A DNA stretch of 35,089 bases from a bacterium (lineage in GTDB: Bacteria > Sysuimicrobiota > Sysuimicrobiia > Sysuimicrobiales > Humicultoraceae), in the NCBI GenBank assembly GCA_041497675.1, contig JBGQGY010000025.1, forward strand, positions 1-35,089. Reading direction: 5' to 3'. Shown in pieces: positions 1-9,652 of this stretch. A program made the translations under genes and the position numbers. How positions within the stretch are numbered: position 1 is the stretch's first letter; each line of letters begins with the position of its first letter. The notes beneath the pieces are model-generated. The model had not been told where the DNA came from. It saw only the letters and a list, made by a program, of their open reading frames with translations, and did no database searches.

Positions 1-2
1 CG

Positions 3-482
3 GCGACGATTTCGGTCCTGGTGCAGAACGCGCCGGGGGTGTTGGTGCGCGTGGCTGGACTGATCCGCCGCCGTGGCGTGAACATCCACAGCCTCTCGGT
101 GGGGCCGACCGAGGATCCGCATATCTCGCGGATGACGATCGTGGTCGACACCCCGCCGGATCGCACCGAGTCGTTTGCCAAGCAGTTGCGCAAACTGGTC
201 GAAGTGCTGCGGGCGACCGCCGTTGACGGCACGCCCAGCGTCGACCGCGAGCTCGCGTTGATCAAAGTCAACGTCACGTCAGGGACACGGCTCGAGATCA
301 TGGAGATTTCCAACGTGTTTCGCGCGAACATCGTCGACCTGACCGACAAGACGATGACGCTCGAGGTCACGGGGCGCGACGAAAAAGTAGATGCGCTTGT
401 CTCGCTCCTGACCAAGTATGGCATCCGCGAGATGGCCCGCACCGGGCAAGTCACGCTCGTGCGGGGGGCGCAGAACACGTAG
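3..482 (+). CDS. ilvN: Acetolactate synthase small (regulatory) subunit, 5'-truncated by the window edge
   Basis: Frame is open from base 3 (ATISVLVQNAPGVLVRVAGLIRRRGVNIHSLSVG): ACT-domain signature of IlvN/IlvH, plus RELALIKV and EMARTG motifs; directly upstream of leuA. Confidence 0.93.
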   Translation, partial: ATISVLVQNAPGVLVRVAGLIRRRGVNIHSLSVGPTEDPHISRMTIVVDTPPDRTESFAKQLRKLVEVLRATAVDGTPSVDRELALIKVNVTSGTRLEIMEISNVFRANIVDLTDKTMTLEVTGRDEKVDALVSLLTKYGIREMARTGQVTLVRGAQNT

Positions 483-520
483 CGGCTAGCCGCCGCGGCC
501 GAGCGCCACAAGGAGAGGGC

Positions 521-2083
521 ATGGACGACCTGGTTCGCATCTTCGACACGACGCTGCGCGACGGTGAGCAGTCGCCCGGGTTCTCGATGACGCCCACCGA
601 GAAGCTCGAACTGGCGCGCCAACTCCAGGCGCTGCGGGTGGACGTGATCGAGGCAGGGTTCCCGATCTCGTCGCAGGGAGACCTGGACGCCGTGCGGGCG
701 GTCGCCCGTGACGTGCGCGATGTATCGATCGCCGCGCTGGCCCGCGCCAACCCTAAGGACGTCGACGCCGCCATCGAGGCGCTGAAGCCGGCCGCGCGGC
801 CGCGGGTGCACGTGTTTATCGCGACGTCGCCGATCCACATGCAGCACAAGTTGCGCATGAGCCCCGATGACGTGGTCGCGGCGGCCGACGCCGCCATCCG
901 CCAGGCGCGGCGGTTCACCGACGACGTCGAGTTTTCGGCCGAGGATGCGAGCCGGTCGGAGGTCGACTTCCTCTGCCGGATCTTTGACGTGGCGATTTCG
1001 GCCGGGGCGACGACGATCAACGTTCCGGATACTGTGGGCTACACCACGCCGCAGGAATACGCCGCGCTCATCCGGACGCTGCGCGAGCGCGTGCCGGCCG
1101 CCGACAAGGTGGTCTGGAGCGTTCACGGTCACAACGACCTGGGTCTGGCCGTCGCCAATTCGCTCGCGGCGATCGAGGTGGGCGCGCGCCAGGTGGAGTG
1201 CACGATCAACGGTATCGGCGAGCGCGCGGGCAACGCGGCGCTGGAAGAAATCGTGATGGCCCTACGCACGCGCCGCGATGCTTATGGGCTGCGGACCAAC
1301 ATCGATACGACGAAGCTCCATCGCACCAGCAACCTACTGACCGCGCTCACCGGCGTCCCGGTGCAGCCGAACAAGGCCATTGTTGGCGAGAACGCGTTCG
1401 CGCACGAAGCCGGCATCCATCAGCACGGCGTGCTCGTGAACCGCGCGACGTATGAGATCATGCAGCCTCAAGACATCGGTCTGCCGACCAACCGGCTCGT
1501 GCTCGGCAAGCACTCGGGCCGGCATGCGTTCCGCAAAGCGCTGGAAGACCACGGCGTGCACCTCGACGACGGCGCCCTCAACCGCGCGTTTGGCCGCTTC
1601 AAAACGGTGGCCGACCGCAAGAAGCAGGTGGCGATCGAGGACATCCTGGCCCTGGTCGACGAGGAGGTCCGCGCCGCCCCCGAGCGGTTCACGCTGAAAT
1701 CGTTCCAGGTCTCGACCGGCACGGGATCGGCGCCGGCGGCCACCGTCACGCTCGAATCCGAAAAGGGTGTGGCCACCGAGGCGGCATCCGGCGACGGTCC
1801 GGTGGATGCCCTGTGCGCGGCGGTCAACCGGCTGACCGGGGTGGCGGCCCAGTTGATGGACTATGCCATCCGGGCGGTCACCGGTGGCACGGACGCCCTC
1901 GGTGAAGTGACGGTGCGTGTCCGCGAGGGTGAGACCATCACCGTGGGGCGCGCGAGCAGCACCGACGTGCTTGAAGCGAGCGTGCGGGCGTACCTCGACG
2001 CGGTCAACCGACTCTTGGTCGCGCGGGAACGCTCGGCGCCGAGTGAGTCGCCGGCGCGCGACAGCGCCGCGGCGAGGGTGTAG
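521..2083 (+). CDS. leuA: 2-isopropylmalate synthase
   Basis: IFDTTLRDGEQSPG, HGHNDLGLAVANSL, GIGERAGNAALEE, AHEAGIHQHG and LGKHSGRHA motifs; C-terminal regulatory domain (GDGPVDA); SD aaggag upstream. Confidence 0.97.
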   Translation: MDDLVRIFDTTLRDGEQSPGFSMTPTEKLELARQLQALRVDVIEAGFPISSQGDLDAVRAVARDVRDVSIAALARANPKDVDAAIEALKPAARPRVHVFIATSPIHMQHKLRMSPDDVVAAADAAIRQARRFTDDVEFSAEDASRSEVDFLCRIFDVAISAGATTINVPDTVGYTTPQEYAALIRTLRERVPAADKVVWSVHGHNDLGLAVANSLAAIEVGARQVECTINGIGERAGNAALEEIVMALRTRRDAYGLRTNIDTTKLHRTSNLLTALTGVPVQPNKAIVGENAFAHEAGIHQHGVLVNRATYEIMQPQDIGLPTNRLVLGKHSGRHAFRKALEDHGVHLDDGALNRAFGRFKTVADRKKQVAIEDILALVDEEVRAAPERFTLKSFQVSTGTGSAPAATVTLESEKGVATEAASGDGPVDALCAAVNRLTGVAAQLMDYAIRAVTGGTDALGEVTVRVREGETITVGRASSTDVLEASVRAYLDAVNRLLVARERSAPSESPARDSAAARV

Positions 2084-2087
2084 CGCG

Positions 2088-3377
2088 ATGGGTATGACGC
2101 TGACCGAAAAGATCCTGGCCGCCCACACCGACTCATCGGTCGCCCGCCCCGGCGATCTGGTCGAGGCCCGTATCGACTTCTGCTTCGCCAACGACATCAC
2201 CGCGCCGCTGGCGATCCGCGAATTTGAGAAGACCGGGGTGTCGACGGTGTTCGACCGCCAGCGTGTGGCGATGGTGCCCGATCACTACGCACCCAACAAG
2301 GACATCGCCTCAGCCGAGCAGTGCAAGGTGATGCGCGAGTTTGCCCGAAAACACGATCTGCCCTATTACTACGAAATCGGACGAGCCGGCATCGCGCACG
2401 TGTTGCTGCCCGAAGAGGGTCTGGTGCTGCCCGGCGAGGTCTTTGTCGGCGCCGATTCGCACACGTGCAACCACGGGGCGCTCGGCACGTTTTCGACCGG
2501 GGTCGGATCGTCGGATCTGGCCGCCGCGATGGCCACGGGCACGCTGTGGTTCCGTGTGCCCGAGACCCTGCGCTTCGTTTTGAACGGCCGGCCGGCGTCG
2601 TGGGTGACGGGCAAGGATATCGTCTTGAAGATCATCGGTGACATCGGCGTCGATGGTGCGCGGTACTGCGCCATGGAGTTCACCGGCGACGCCCTGAGCC
2701 ACCTGACGATGGACGAGCGCTTCAGCATCACCAACATGGCGGTCGAAGCCGGGGGCAAGAACGGCATTATGGAGCCCGACGACCTCGTGCTCGACTGGGT
2801 CCGGCCGCGCGCGAAGCGGGCCTTTACGCCGGTCTACGCCGACCGCAACGCGGAGTACACGAAGGTGTTTACCTACGACACGAGCCGGCTCGAACCGGTC
2901 GTGTCGGCGCCGTCGTCCCCGGGCAACGTGGTGCCGGTGCGCGAGGTTGCGGGTGTGGCGGTCGATCAGGTCTTCATCGGCACCTGCACGAACGGCCGGC
3001 TCGAAGATCTACGCGTCGCCGCCCGGTTCCTCGACGGCCGGAAGGTGCACCCGCGTACGCGGCTGCTCGTGATCCCGGCGACGCCCGGCATCTACCGCCA
3101 GGCGCTCGATGAGGGGTTGATCAAGATCTTTCTCGAAGCCGGGGCCGTGGTCAGCGCCTCGACGTGCGGGCCGTGCATCGGCGGGCACATGGGCGTGCTG
3201 GCCTCCGGCGAGGTGTGCGTGAGCACGTCGTCGCGCAACTTCGTGGGCCGCATGGGACACCGCGAGAGCAAAGCCTACCTGAGCGGACCCGCCGTGGCGG
3301 CCGCCAGCGCGGTGTTGGGCCGGCTCGCGCACCCCGACGAGGTGTTGGGTCGGACGGCGGCGGGGGTGGGGGCATGA
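2088..3377 (+). CDS. leuC: 3-isopropylmalate dehydratase large subunit (short LeuC/HacA-type)
   Basis: Starts MGMTLTEKILAAH at ATG 2088; GADSHTC, FIGTCTNGR, TCGPCIG (three Fe-S cysteines) and SRNFVGRMG motifs. Confidence 0.95.
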   Translation: MGMTLTEKILAAHTDSSVARPGDLVEARIDFCFANDITAPLAIREFEKTGVSTVFDRQRVAMVPDHYAPNKDIASAEQCKVMREFARKHDLPYYYEIGRAGIAHVLLPEEGLVLPGEVFVGADSHTCNHGALGTFSTGVGSSDLAAAMATGTLWFRVPETLRFVLNGRPASWVTGKDIVLKIIGDIGVDGARYCAMEFTGDALSHLTMDERFSITNMAVEAGGKNGIMEPDDLVLDWVRPRAKRAFTPVYADRNAEYTKVFTYDTSRLEPVVSAPSSPGNVVPVREVAGVAVDQVFIGTCTNGRLEDLRVAARFLDGRKVHPRTRLLVIPATPGIYRQALDEGLIKIFLEAGAVVSASTCGPCIGGHMGVLASGEVCVSTSSRNFVGRMGHRESKAYLSGPAVAAASAVLGRLAHPDEVLGRTAAGVGA

Positions 3378-3883
3378 TCTTCCGCGGCACCGCCTGGAAA
3401 CTCGGCGATCACGTCGACACCGACGTCATCCTCCCGGCGCGCTACCTGGTCACGGCTGACGCGAAGGTGCTGGCGCCCCACTGTTTCGAGGATTTGGATC
3501 CGACCCTGGCGGGGAAGATCACACCGGGCGACATCATCGTGGCCGGGGAGAACTTTGGTCAGGGGTCGTCGCGCGAGCACGCGCCCATCGCGATCAAGGG
3601 CCTCGGGGTGTCGTGCATCATCGCCAAGTCGTACGCGCGGATCTTTTTCCGCAACGCCTTCAACATCGGGTTGCCGCTTTTGGAGTGCCAAGATCTGCAT
3701 CAGATCACTGAGAACGGCGACACCGTGGCCGTTGATCAGGCGACGGGCCGGATCACCAATGAGCGATGCGGGAGCACCCATCAAGCCGCGCCGATCCCCG
3801 AGTTCATGCGGCGTCTGGTCGAAGCCGGCGGCATCATCGAGTACGTTCGGCAAAAAGTGGCGGCTGGCAAAGCCGGCGCTTGA
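3374..3883 (+). CDS. leuD: 3-isopropylmalate dehydratase small subunit
   Basis: ATGA overlap with the leuC stop; VDTDVILPARYLVT, NFGQGSSREHA and ARIFFRNAFNIGLP motifs. Confidence 0.95.
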   Translation: MIFRGTAWKLGDHVDTDVILPARYLVTADAKVLAPHCFEDLDPTLAGKITPGDIIVAGENFGQGSSREHAPIAIKGLGVSCIIAKSYARIFFRNAFNIGLPLLECQDLHQITENGDTVAVDQATGRITNERCGSTHQAAPIPEFMRRLVEAGGIIEYVRQKVAAGKAGA

Positions 3884-3915
3884 TCTGGCGAGGACATCGC
3901 GCGGGGGAACACTTC

Positions 3916-4086
3916 ATGGAATGGTCCAACGTCTGGCGAACGGTATTCGTGGGATGGGACGGTGACGTCGATCTGACGGCGCTGGCGGAAGAGCTGCGGC
4001 ACGGCGTCCACACCAGACCGCGGCCGGCGAAGGACCGTGACGCCGCCTCGAACTGGGTCTGCGAACAGATTCAAGAAGTTTACTAA
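3916..4086 (+). CDS. Small hypothetical protein (56 aa)
   Basis: ATG 3916 preceded by GGGGGA at SD spacing; fills the gap between leuD and the peptidase; MEWSNVWRTVFVGWDG...NWVCEQIQEVY; no family recognised. Confidence 0.55.
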   Translation: MEWSNVWRTVFVGWDGDVDLTALAEELRHGVHTRPRPAKDRDAASNWVCEQIQEVY

Positions 4087-4098
4087 CCGCATCACCCC

Positions 4099-5433
4099 AT
4101 GGACCTCGGCCCGCGCGACCGCGAGATCATCGCCGATGTCTGGACATCTTCGCTCTCGTGGCAAACATGCGTGGAGCTCGTCGAGCGCTTTCCCCACCGA
4201 TATGGTGGGCACGTCGAGGAGATCGGCGCGCGTGATTTCGTCGCCGACCGATTCCGCCACCACGGGTTGACCGTTACGTTCGAAGAGTTCCCCTGTCACC
4301 ACTGGCATCCCGGGCGCGCCAGCCTGCACGCGCTTCCCGATGGGCGGGCCCTGGTTCCTATTCCGTGTCTCAACCTGCCGATGAACCCTACGGCGATGAT
4401 CGAGGCCGAGGTCGTCTGGGTCGAGGAGGGGACACAGGCGCAGTACGCGAGTCTCGGCGACCGTATCCGCGACCGCGTCGTGTTGGTCAACAGCCGTTGC
4501 CCCGCCTATTCGCATCGACCCCGCACGTGCCGGCGCGAAAAGTACCTGCAGGCCGTGGAGGGTGGTGCCGCCGGCTTCATCTATATGCGTCACGAGGGCG
4601 GGTTGTTGCCGGAAGTCTACAGCCTCTCGTCCGATGGGCCGGCGCCCGTGCCCGGCGTGAGCGTGACCCGCGAGGCCGGAAGCGCGCTGCTGCGCTACGT
4701 GCGCCGAGGCGCCGCCGTTCGGCTCGACCTTGAAAACCAGATCACGCCCGGGGTGTCGTGGAACATCATTGCCGACCTGCCGGGGCCACCGGGAGCGCCG
4801 GTCATCCTGGTGGGCGCCCACTACGACACGCTGGTGGGGTGCCCCGGCGCGATCGACGACGCATCCGGGGTCGCGGTGCTGCTCGAAGCCGCGCGCGTCC
4901 TGAGCCGGCATCGTGACGTCCTGCGGAGGACGATCCGGTTCGTCGGCTTTGGATTGGAAGAAGGCGGTCTGCAGGGCGCCAAAGCGTACATCGGCGTGCA
5001 CCGCGAGGACTTGAGCGGCGTCGAGTTCATGCTGAACGTCGATGGGGCCGCCTACGGCGCGCCAGAGAAGGGCATCGGGCTGCAGGGCTGGCCGATGCTC
5101 ATTCCTTATTTCAAGGGTCTGGTCGCGGCGATGGGCGAGGAGATGCCGGTTGATGTCTGGGTGACGCCGAACTCAGACATGCACCCGTTCATGGTGGCCG
5201 GGGTGCCCTGCGCCTGGTTTTTCGACATGGGGATGTCACTGGCCAACCTGGGCTGGCCGCACACCGCCGCCGACACGCTCGACAAGGTGTCGCCTCGGGG
5301 GCTGCGGATCACCGCCCTGCAGCTGGCGCGACTCTTGCTGTACATGGCCGCGACTCCGATGCCGGCCGTCACCCGCAGCCGCCAGGAGGTCGACCGGTGG
5401 CTCGCCGAATGGAACCTCACGCCGCGTATCTGA
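4099..5433 (+). CDS. M28-family zinc peptidase/amidohydrolase with PA domain, probably cytoplasmic
   Basis: GAHYDT, GAIDDASGVA, EEGGLQGA, LNVDG, SDMHPF and PHTAADT motifs (Zn ligands H/D/E/D/H); PA-like insert (AVEGGAAGFI); no signal peptide. Confidence 0.9.
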   Translation: MDLGPRDREIIADVWTSSLSWQTCVELVERFPHRYGGHVEEIGARDFVADRFRHHGLTVTFEEFPCHHWHPGRASLHALPDGRALVPIPCLNLPMNPTAMIEAEVVWVEEGTQAQYASLGDRIRDRVVLVNSRCPAYSHRPRTCRREKYLQAVEGGAAGFIYMRHEGGLLPEVYSLSSDGPAPVPGVSVTREAGSALLRYVRRGAAVRLDLENQITPGVSWNIIADLPGPPGAPVILVGAHYDTLVGCPGAIDDASGVAVLLEAARVLSRHRDVLRRTIRFVGFGLEEGGLQGAKAYIGVHREDLSGVEFMLNVDGAAYGAPEKGIGLQGWPMLIPYFKGLVAAMGEEMPVDVWVTPNSDMHPFMVAGVPCAWFFDMGMSLANLGWPHTAADTLDKVSPRGLRITALQLARLLLYMAATPMPAVTRSRQEVDRWLAEWNLTPRI

Positions 5434-5445
5434 GGAGGGGACAGA

Positions 5446-7068
5446 ATGAGCGCAGACCGTAAGGGGGTAACCCGCCGCCAGTTCTTAAAGACGACCGCCG
5501 CGACGGCGGCTGCTGTTGGCGCCGGTCTGGCCGCCCCACGCACGCTGACATGGCCGGGCGTTGGCCCCGTGTTGGCACAGGCGCAGAAGCCGCCCACGCT
5601 CGTCCAGGGCGTCGAGCCTGAGACGCTCGACCCTCACTTCGGCGAGTCGGGCATCATCGGCAACGTGCTCGGCAACGTGATGGAGGCGTTGATCGCCTAC
5701 GACCGCAAGATGCGCCCGCTGCCGTTCCTCGCCGAGTCGTACGAGGTCCTGTCTGACAAGGTGACGTGGCGGTTCAAGCTCCGCCAGGGCATCCGGTTCC
5801 AGAACGGCAAACCTTTCACCGCGGAGGCCGTCAAGTTCACGATCGACCGGACGATGAACGCCGATCTGCGCCGGCAGGGGCTCAACGATCCGTTCCCGGC
5901 TCGATCCGGTGTGACACAGGTGAAGGTCGTCAATGCCAGCACCGTTGATGTCGTGCTGGCGAGGCCCAACATTATCTTGCCGGTGTTCATGTCGTTCCTC
6001 TACATGATGGAACCCGAGTATTATGGCAGCAAGTCCCCGCGCGAGACCTCGGTCGCCCCCATGGGCACCGGGCCCTGGAAGGTCGACGAGTGGATCAAAG
6101 GCGACCGCCTCGCGCTGTCGGCGTTCGACGGCTACTGGCGCGGCGCCCCGCAGATCAAACGAGTCGTGTTCCGGCCGGTACCGGAGAAATCACAGCGCAT
6201 GAACATGCTGATCACCGGCGAGGCCGACATCGCCATCGCGTTGTCGCCGGACGATCTGCCGATCGTCGAACGGGTCAGCAAGCTGCGTGTCTCGATCGCC
6301 CCCGGCAGCCGGCGGATGCACATCGGTATTCCGACCGATTCGCCGAAGTACAAGGATCGTCGCGTGCGGTACGCGCTCAGCCACGCGATCGACTGGGATA
6401 CGCTGTCGAAGGGTCTGCTCGGCCGCCTGACGCCCGAGCGGCGCGCGACCGTGCTGGTGGCGGGCGAATCGTGGGTCAGCCCGCGGATCAAGCCGCTGGA
6501 GTTCAATCGGCAGCGGGCGCGCAGTCTGTTGACCGAAGCCGGGTTTCCGATGAACGAGCGGATCCGGGTCTACACGCCGGTCGGCCGTTATCTCAAAGAC
6601 AAAGAAACCGCCGAAGCGGTCGCCGGACAGTTCCGCGAGATTGGACTGCAGGCCGAAGCCGCCCCACTGGACTGGACGATCTATACGGACAAGATGCGTA
6701 GCCCCGGCGGCATGGATGATCTCTATCTGCTCGGGCTGGGTTCGCGCTTCAACGGCCCGGAGGACCTCAGCATCGTGACGACCGGGCAGATCTGGGACCA
6801 GACCAAGTGGATCACGCATACGCAGAACGGCCCCAAGTTCAACGCGATGTACAAGGAATTGATCGAAACGATCGATGAGAAGAAGCAGCGCGAGATGGCC
6901 TTCCAGATGGAGCAGCTCTTCGTGGAAGAGACGCCCTGGATCAATTTGTGGATCCAGCCCGGCGCGACCGGGGTGAACCGGCGCCTCGATTGGGAAGACT
7001 CGGGCGGCGGCGATCGACTGAACCTGTGGCTGCCGGGCGAACGCGACGTCCGGTTTGCGCCTATCTAA
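5446..7068 (+). CDS. ABC transporter substrate-binding protein, family 5 (Dpp/Opp), Tat-exported
   Basis: TRRQFLK twin-arginine signal ending AQA; PETLDPH, FKLRQGIRFQNG, GTGPWK and RVRYALSHAID motifs; SD gaggagg. Confidence 0.93.
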   Translation: MSADRKGVTRRQFLKTTAATAAAVGAGLAAPRTLTWPGVGPVLAQAQKPPTLVQGVEPETLDPHFGESGIIGNVLGNVMEALIAYDRKMRPLPFLAESYEVLSDKVTWRFKLRQGIRFQNGKPFTAEAVKFTIDRTMNADLRRQGLNDPFPARSGVTQVKVVNASTVDVVLARPNIILPVFMSFLYMMEPEYYGSKSPRETSVAPMGTGPWKVDEWIKGDRLALSAFDGYWRGAPQIKRVVFRPVPEKSQRMNMLITGEADIAIALSPDDLPIVERVSKLRVSIAPGSRRMHIGIPTDSPKYKDRRVRYALSHAIDWDTLSKGLLGRLTPERRATVLVAGESWVSPRIKPLEFNRQRARSLLTEAGFPMNERIRVYTPVGRYLKDKETAEAVAGQFREIGLQAEAAPLDWTIYTDKMRSPGGMDDLYLLGLGSRFNGPEDLSIVTTGQIWDQTKWITHTQNGPKFNAMYKELIETIDEKKQREMAFQMEQLFVEETPWINLWIQPGATGVNRRLDWEDSGGGDRLNLWLPGERDVRFAPI

Positions 7069-7098
7069 GCGTCCACACCGGTCTGACCGGCGCGCAAG

Positions 7099-8016
7099 AT
7101 GACCGCGTACATCCTGCGGCGGTTGTTGCAGACCGTCCTCGTGATCCTCGGGGTCTCGGCGCTGTCGTTTGGGTCGATGTTTTTGTCCGGCGATCCGACG
7201 ATGGTAATGGCGAGCGAATCGTGGACCCGCCAGCAGATCGACGACTTCCGGCACCAGATGGGCTTCGACCGGCCCTGGTTCGTGCAGTACCTGGACTTTC
7301 TCTCTCGCGCGGCCCACGGCGATCTTGGCGTCTCACTTCGTCAGCAGCAGCCGGTCTCGCAGTTGCTCCTCCAACGTGTGCCGGCCACCTTAGAGCTGGC
7401 CGCGGCGGCGATGGCCGTTGCGGTCGGGCTCGGCATTCCCGCGGGCGTAATCGCGGCCACGCGGCGCAACAGCCCCGTTGACCGCAGCCTGATGCTCGGC
7501 GCCTTGTTCGGGCAATCGATGCCCGTGTTCTGGTTGGGTCTGCTGCTGGCGATGATCTTTGCGGTCATGTTGGGCTGGTTTCCCGTGGCCGGGCGCGGCG
7601 GCTGGCAACATCTCGTCCTACCTGCCACGAGCCTCGGGCTTTTTTCGGTCGCGTACAATGCGCGCATGACCCGGTCTGCGGTCCTGGAGACGCTGGGGCA
7701 GGACTACATCCGCACGGCGCAGGCTAAGGGTCTGTCAGCGTTTCGGGTGTTGACGCGGCATGCGTTGCGCAACGCCTTGATTCCGATTGTGACCGTGGCG
7801 GGTCTGCAGTTTGGGAACCTGCTCGGGGGCGCCGTCATCACCGAGACGATCTTCGCCTGGCCCGGGGTCGGGCGTTTGACGATCCAGGCGATCCAGGGCA
7901 AGGACCTGCCGCTGGTGCAGGCGTCGGTCACGTTTTTAGCGACGATCTTTGTGGCGCTGAATCTGGTCATTGATCTGTTCTATGTGGTGCTCGACCCTCG
8001 GGTGAGGCCCCGCTGA
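7099..8016 (+). CDS. ABC transporter permease, DppB/OppB-like
   Basis: YILRRLLQ start, GDLGVS, EAA loop DYIRTAQAKGL, HALRNALIP, C-terminal LDPRVR. Confidence 0.95.
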   Translation: MTAYILRRLLQTVLVILGVSALSFGSMFLSGDPTMVMASESWTRQQIDDFRHQMGFDRPWFVQYLDFLSRAAHGDLGVSLRQQQPVSQLLLQRVPATLELAAAAMAVAVGLGIPAGVIAATRRNSPVDRSLMLGALFGQSMPVFWLGLLLAMIFAVMLGWFPVAGRGGWQHLVLPATSLGLFSVAYNARMTRSAVLETLGQDYIRTAQAKGLSAFRVLTRHALRNALIPIVTVAGLQFGNLLGGAVITETIFAWPGVGRLTIQAIQGKDLPLVQASVTFLATIFVALNLVIDLFYVVLDPRVRPR

Positions 8017-8894
8017 TGGCCGTCGCGGTGGCGCACCAGGCGGTGACCGCGCCAGCGGCAAGACGGCGGCGATGGCCTCCGGTGGCTGTGCTCGGCGCGC
8101 TCGGGTTTCTGGCGGTGCTGGTCGTCGTCGCGCTGTTCGCGCCCGTGCTCGCACCGCACCCACCGGGGCGCGTCGTGATGGGCGAGCGTCTCACCCCGCC
8201 GGTGTTCTCGGGCGGGACCTGGGCACACCCGCTTGGGACGGACTCGCTCGGTCAGGACCTGTTGAGCCGGACCATGTTCGGGGCGCGCGTGTCGCTGCTG
8301 GTCGGCGTCTGCGCGGTGTTGCTCTCGGGCACCATGGGGGTCACGCTGGGGTTGATCTCCGGGTACCGCGGCGGATGGCTGGACGACGTCATCATGCGCA
8401 TCGCGGAGATCCAGCTCGCCTTTCCCGCGATCCTGCTCTACATCGCGGCCATGGCGACGCTGGGCCCGGGGCTCTGGAAGATCATCCTGGTCATTGGGGT
8501 CGTGGGCTGGGTCTCGTATGCGCGGATCGAGCGCGGTGTCGTGCTCGCGGTTCGCGAGCAGGAATACGTGACGGCTGCGCGGGCGATGGGTGCGCCGGTG
8601 AGTTTGATCCTGCGCCGGCACATCTTGCCGAATACGATGGCGCCGATTATTGTGGTGGCGTCCTTTTCGCTGGCGACGACGGTGATTACCGAGGCGTCGC
8701 TGTCGTTCCTCGGGCTGGGTGTGCCGCCGTCGGTGCCCTCGTGGGGCAGCCTGCTCTCGGACGGTCGCGACTACCTACGCCAGGCCTGGTGGATTACCAC
8801 CTTTCCGGGTCTGGCCATCATGGCGACGGTGCTGGCGATCAACCTGATCGGCGACTGGCTACGCGACGCGCTCGATCCACGACTGCGACTCTAG
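8016..8894 (+). CDS. ABC transporter permease, DppC/OppC-like
   Basis: HPLGTDSLGQDLLSR, EYVTAARAMGA, HILPN, EASLSFLGLG, GDWLRDALDPR; TGATG coupling to the upstream permease. Confidence 0.95.
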   Translation: MAVAVAHQAVTAPAARRRRWPPVAVLGALGFLAVLVVVALFAPVLAPHPPGRVVMGERLTPPVFSGGTWAHPLGTDSLGQDLLSRTMFGARVSLLVGVCAVLLSGTMGVTLGLISGYRGGWLDDVIMRIAEIQLAFPAILLYIAAMATLGPGLWKIILVIGVVGWVSYARIERGVVLAVREQEYVTAARAMGAPVSLILRRHILPNTMAPIIVVASFSLATTVITEASLSFLGLGVPPSVPSWGSLLSDGRDYLRQAWWITTFPGLAIMATVLAINLIGDWLRDALDPRLRL

Positions 8895-8909
8895 AGGAGG
8901 CTGGTCCGA

Positions 8910-9560
8910 ATGGAACTCTACGAACTGACCGGTGCCACGGCCGAGGCGATCACGTTTCTGAAGACCGTCTCACCGGCCTGGATCAGCGACGCGCAGGGAT
9001 CGACCGGCGTGATGGCGGCCGAGATCAAACCCGTGTGGCGCGGGGCGCGGTTGTGCGGCCCGGCGTACACCGCGCGGTGTTATCCCGGCAGCATCATCAC
9101 GGTGCACAAGGCGTTGCTCGAAGCGCCTCCGGGGTCGGTCATCGTCGTCGACGGCGGCGGTGATGCGACGGGCGCGATGTTTGGCGAGTTGATGGCCACC
9201 GAGGCGAAGTCGCGCGGTCTGGCCGGCATCGTAGTCGACGCGGCCGTGCGCGACGCCGAGGGGCTGGCCGAGCTGCAGTTTCCGGTGTTTGCGCGTGCGG
9301 TCACGCCGCGTGTGGGGACCAACCGGCGCGTAGGGGCCACGCAGGTCGAGATCGCCTGCGGCGGGGTCGTGGTGCACCCCGGCGACATCGTCGTCGGCAC
9401 CGGCGACGGCGTCGCCGTCATCCCTCGGGGCAACCTGGCGGACGTGGTGACCGGGGTCCAGGCCGTGAGCAAGAAGGAAGCCGACATTCGGGTGCGCATG
9501 GCGAAGGGCGAGCGAGTCGCCGACATCATCGCGATGCGCGGCCTGATCTATCCGCAATAG
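8910..9560 (+). CDS. RraA-family protein / 4-hydroxy-4-methyl-2-oxoglutarate aldolase-like (copy 1)
   Basis: ISDA, CGPAYT, GELMA, VDAAVRD, FPVFAR and GGVVVHPGDIVVG motifs; SD gaggagg. Confidence 0.9.
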   Translation: MELYELTGATAEAITFLKTVSPAWISDAQGSTGVMAAEIKPVWRGARLCGPAYTARCYPGSIITVHKALLEAPPGSVIVVDGGGDATGAMFGELMATEAKSRGLAGIVVDAAVRDAEGLAELQFPVFARAVTPRVGTNRRVGATQVEIACGGVVVHPGDIVVGTGDGVAVIPRGNLADVVTGVQAVSKKEADIRVRMAKGERVADIIAMRGLIYPQ

Positions 9561-9652
9561 GCGGAGTCGTCGACGGCAGGGACCCCGCGCGGCCGGGGAG
9601 AACGGAAGGCGGTAATGTCCCAGTCGCGCCAGGAATCCTGGAGGTGACCGAC

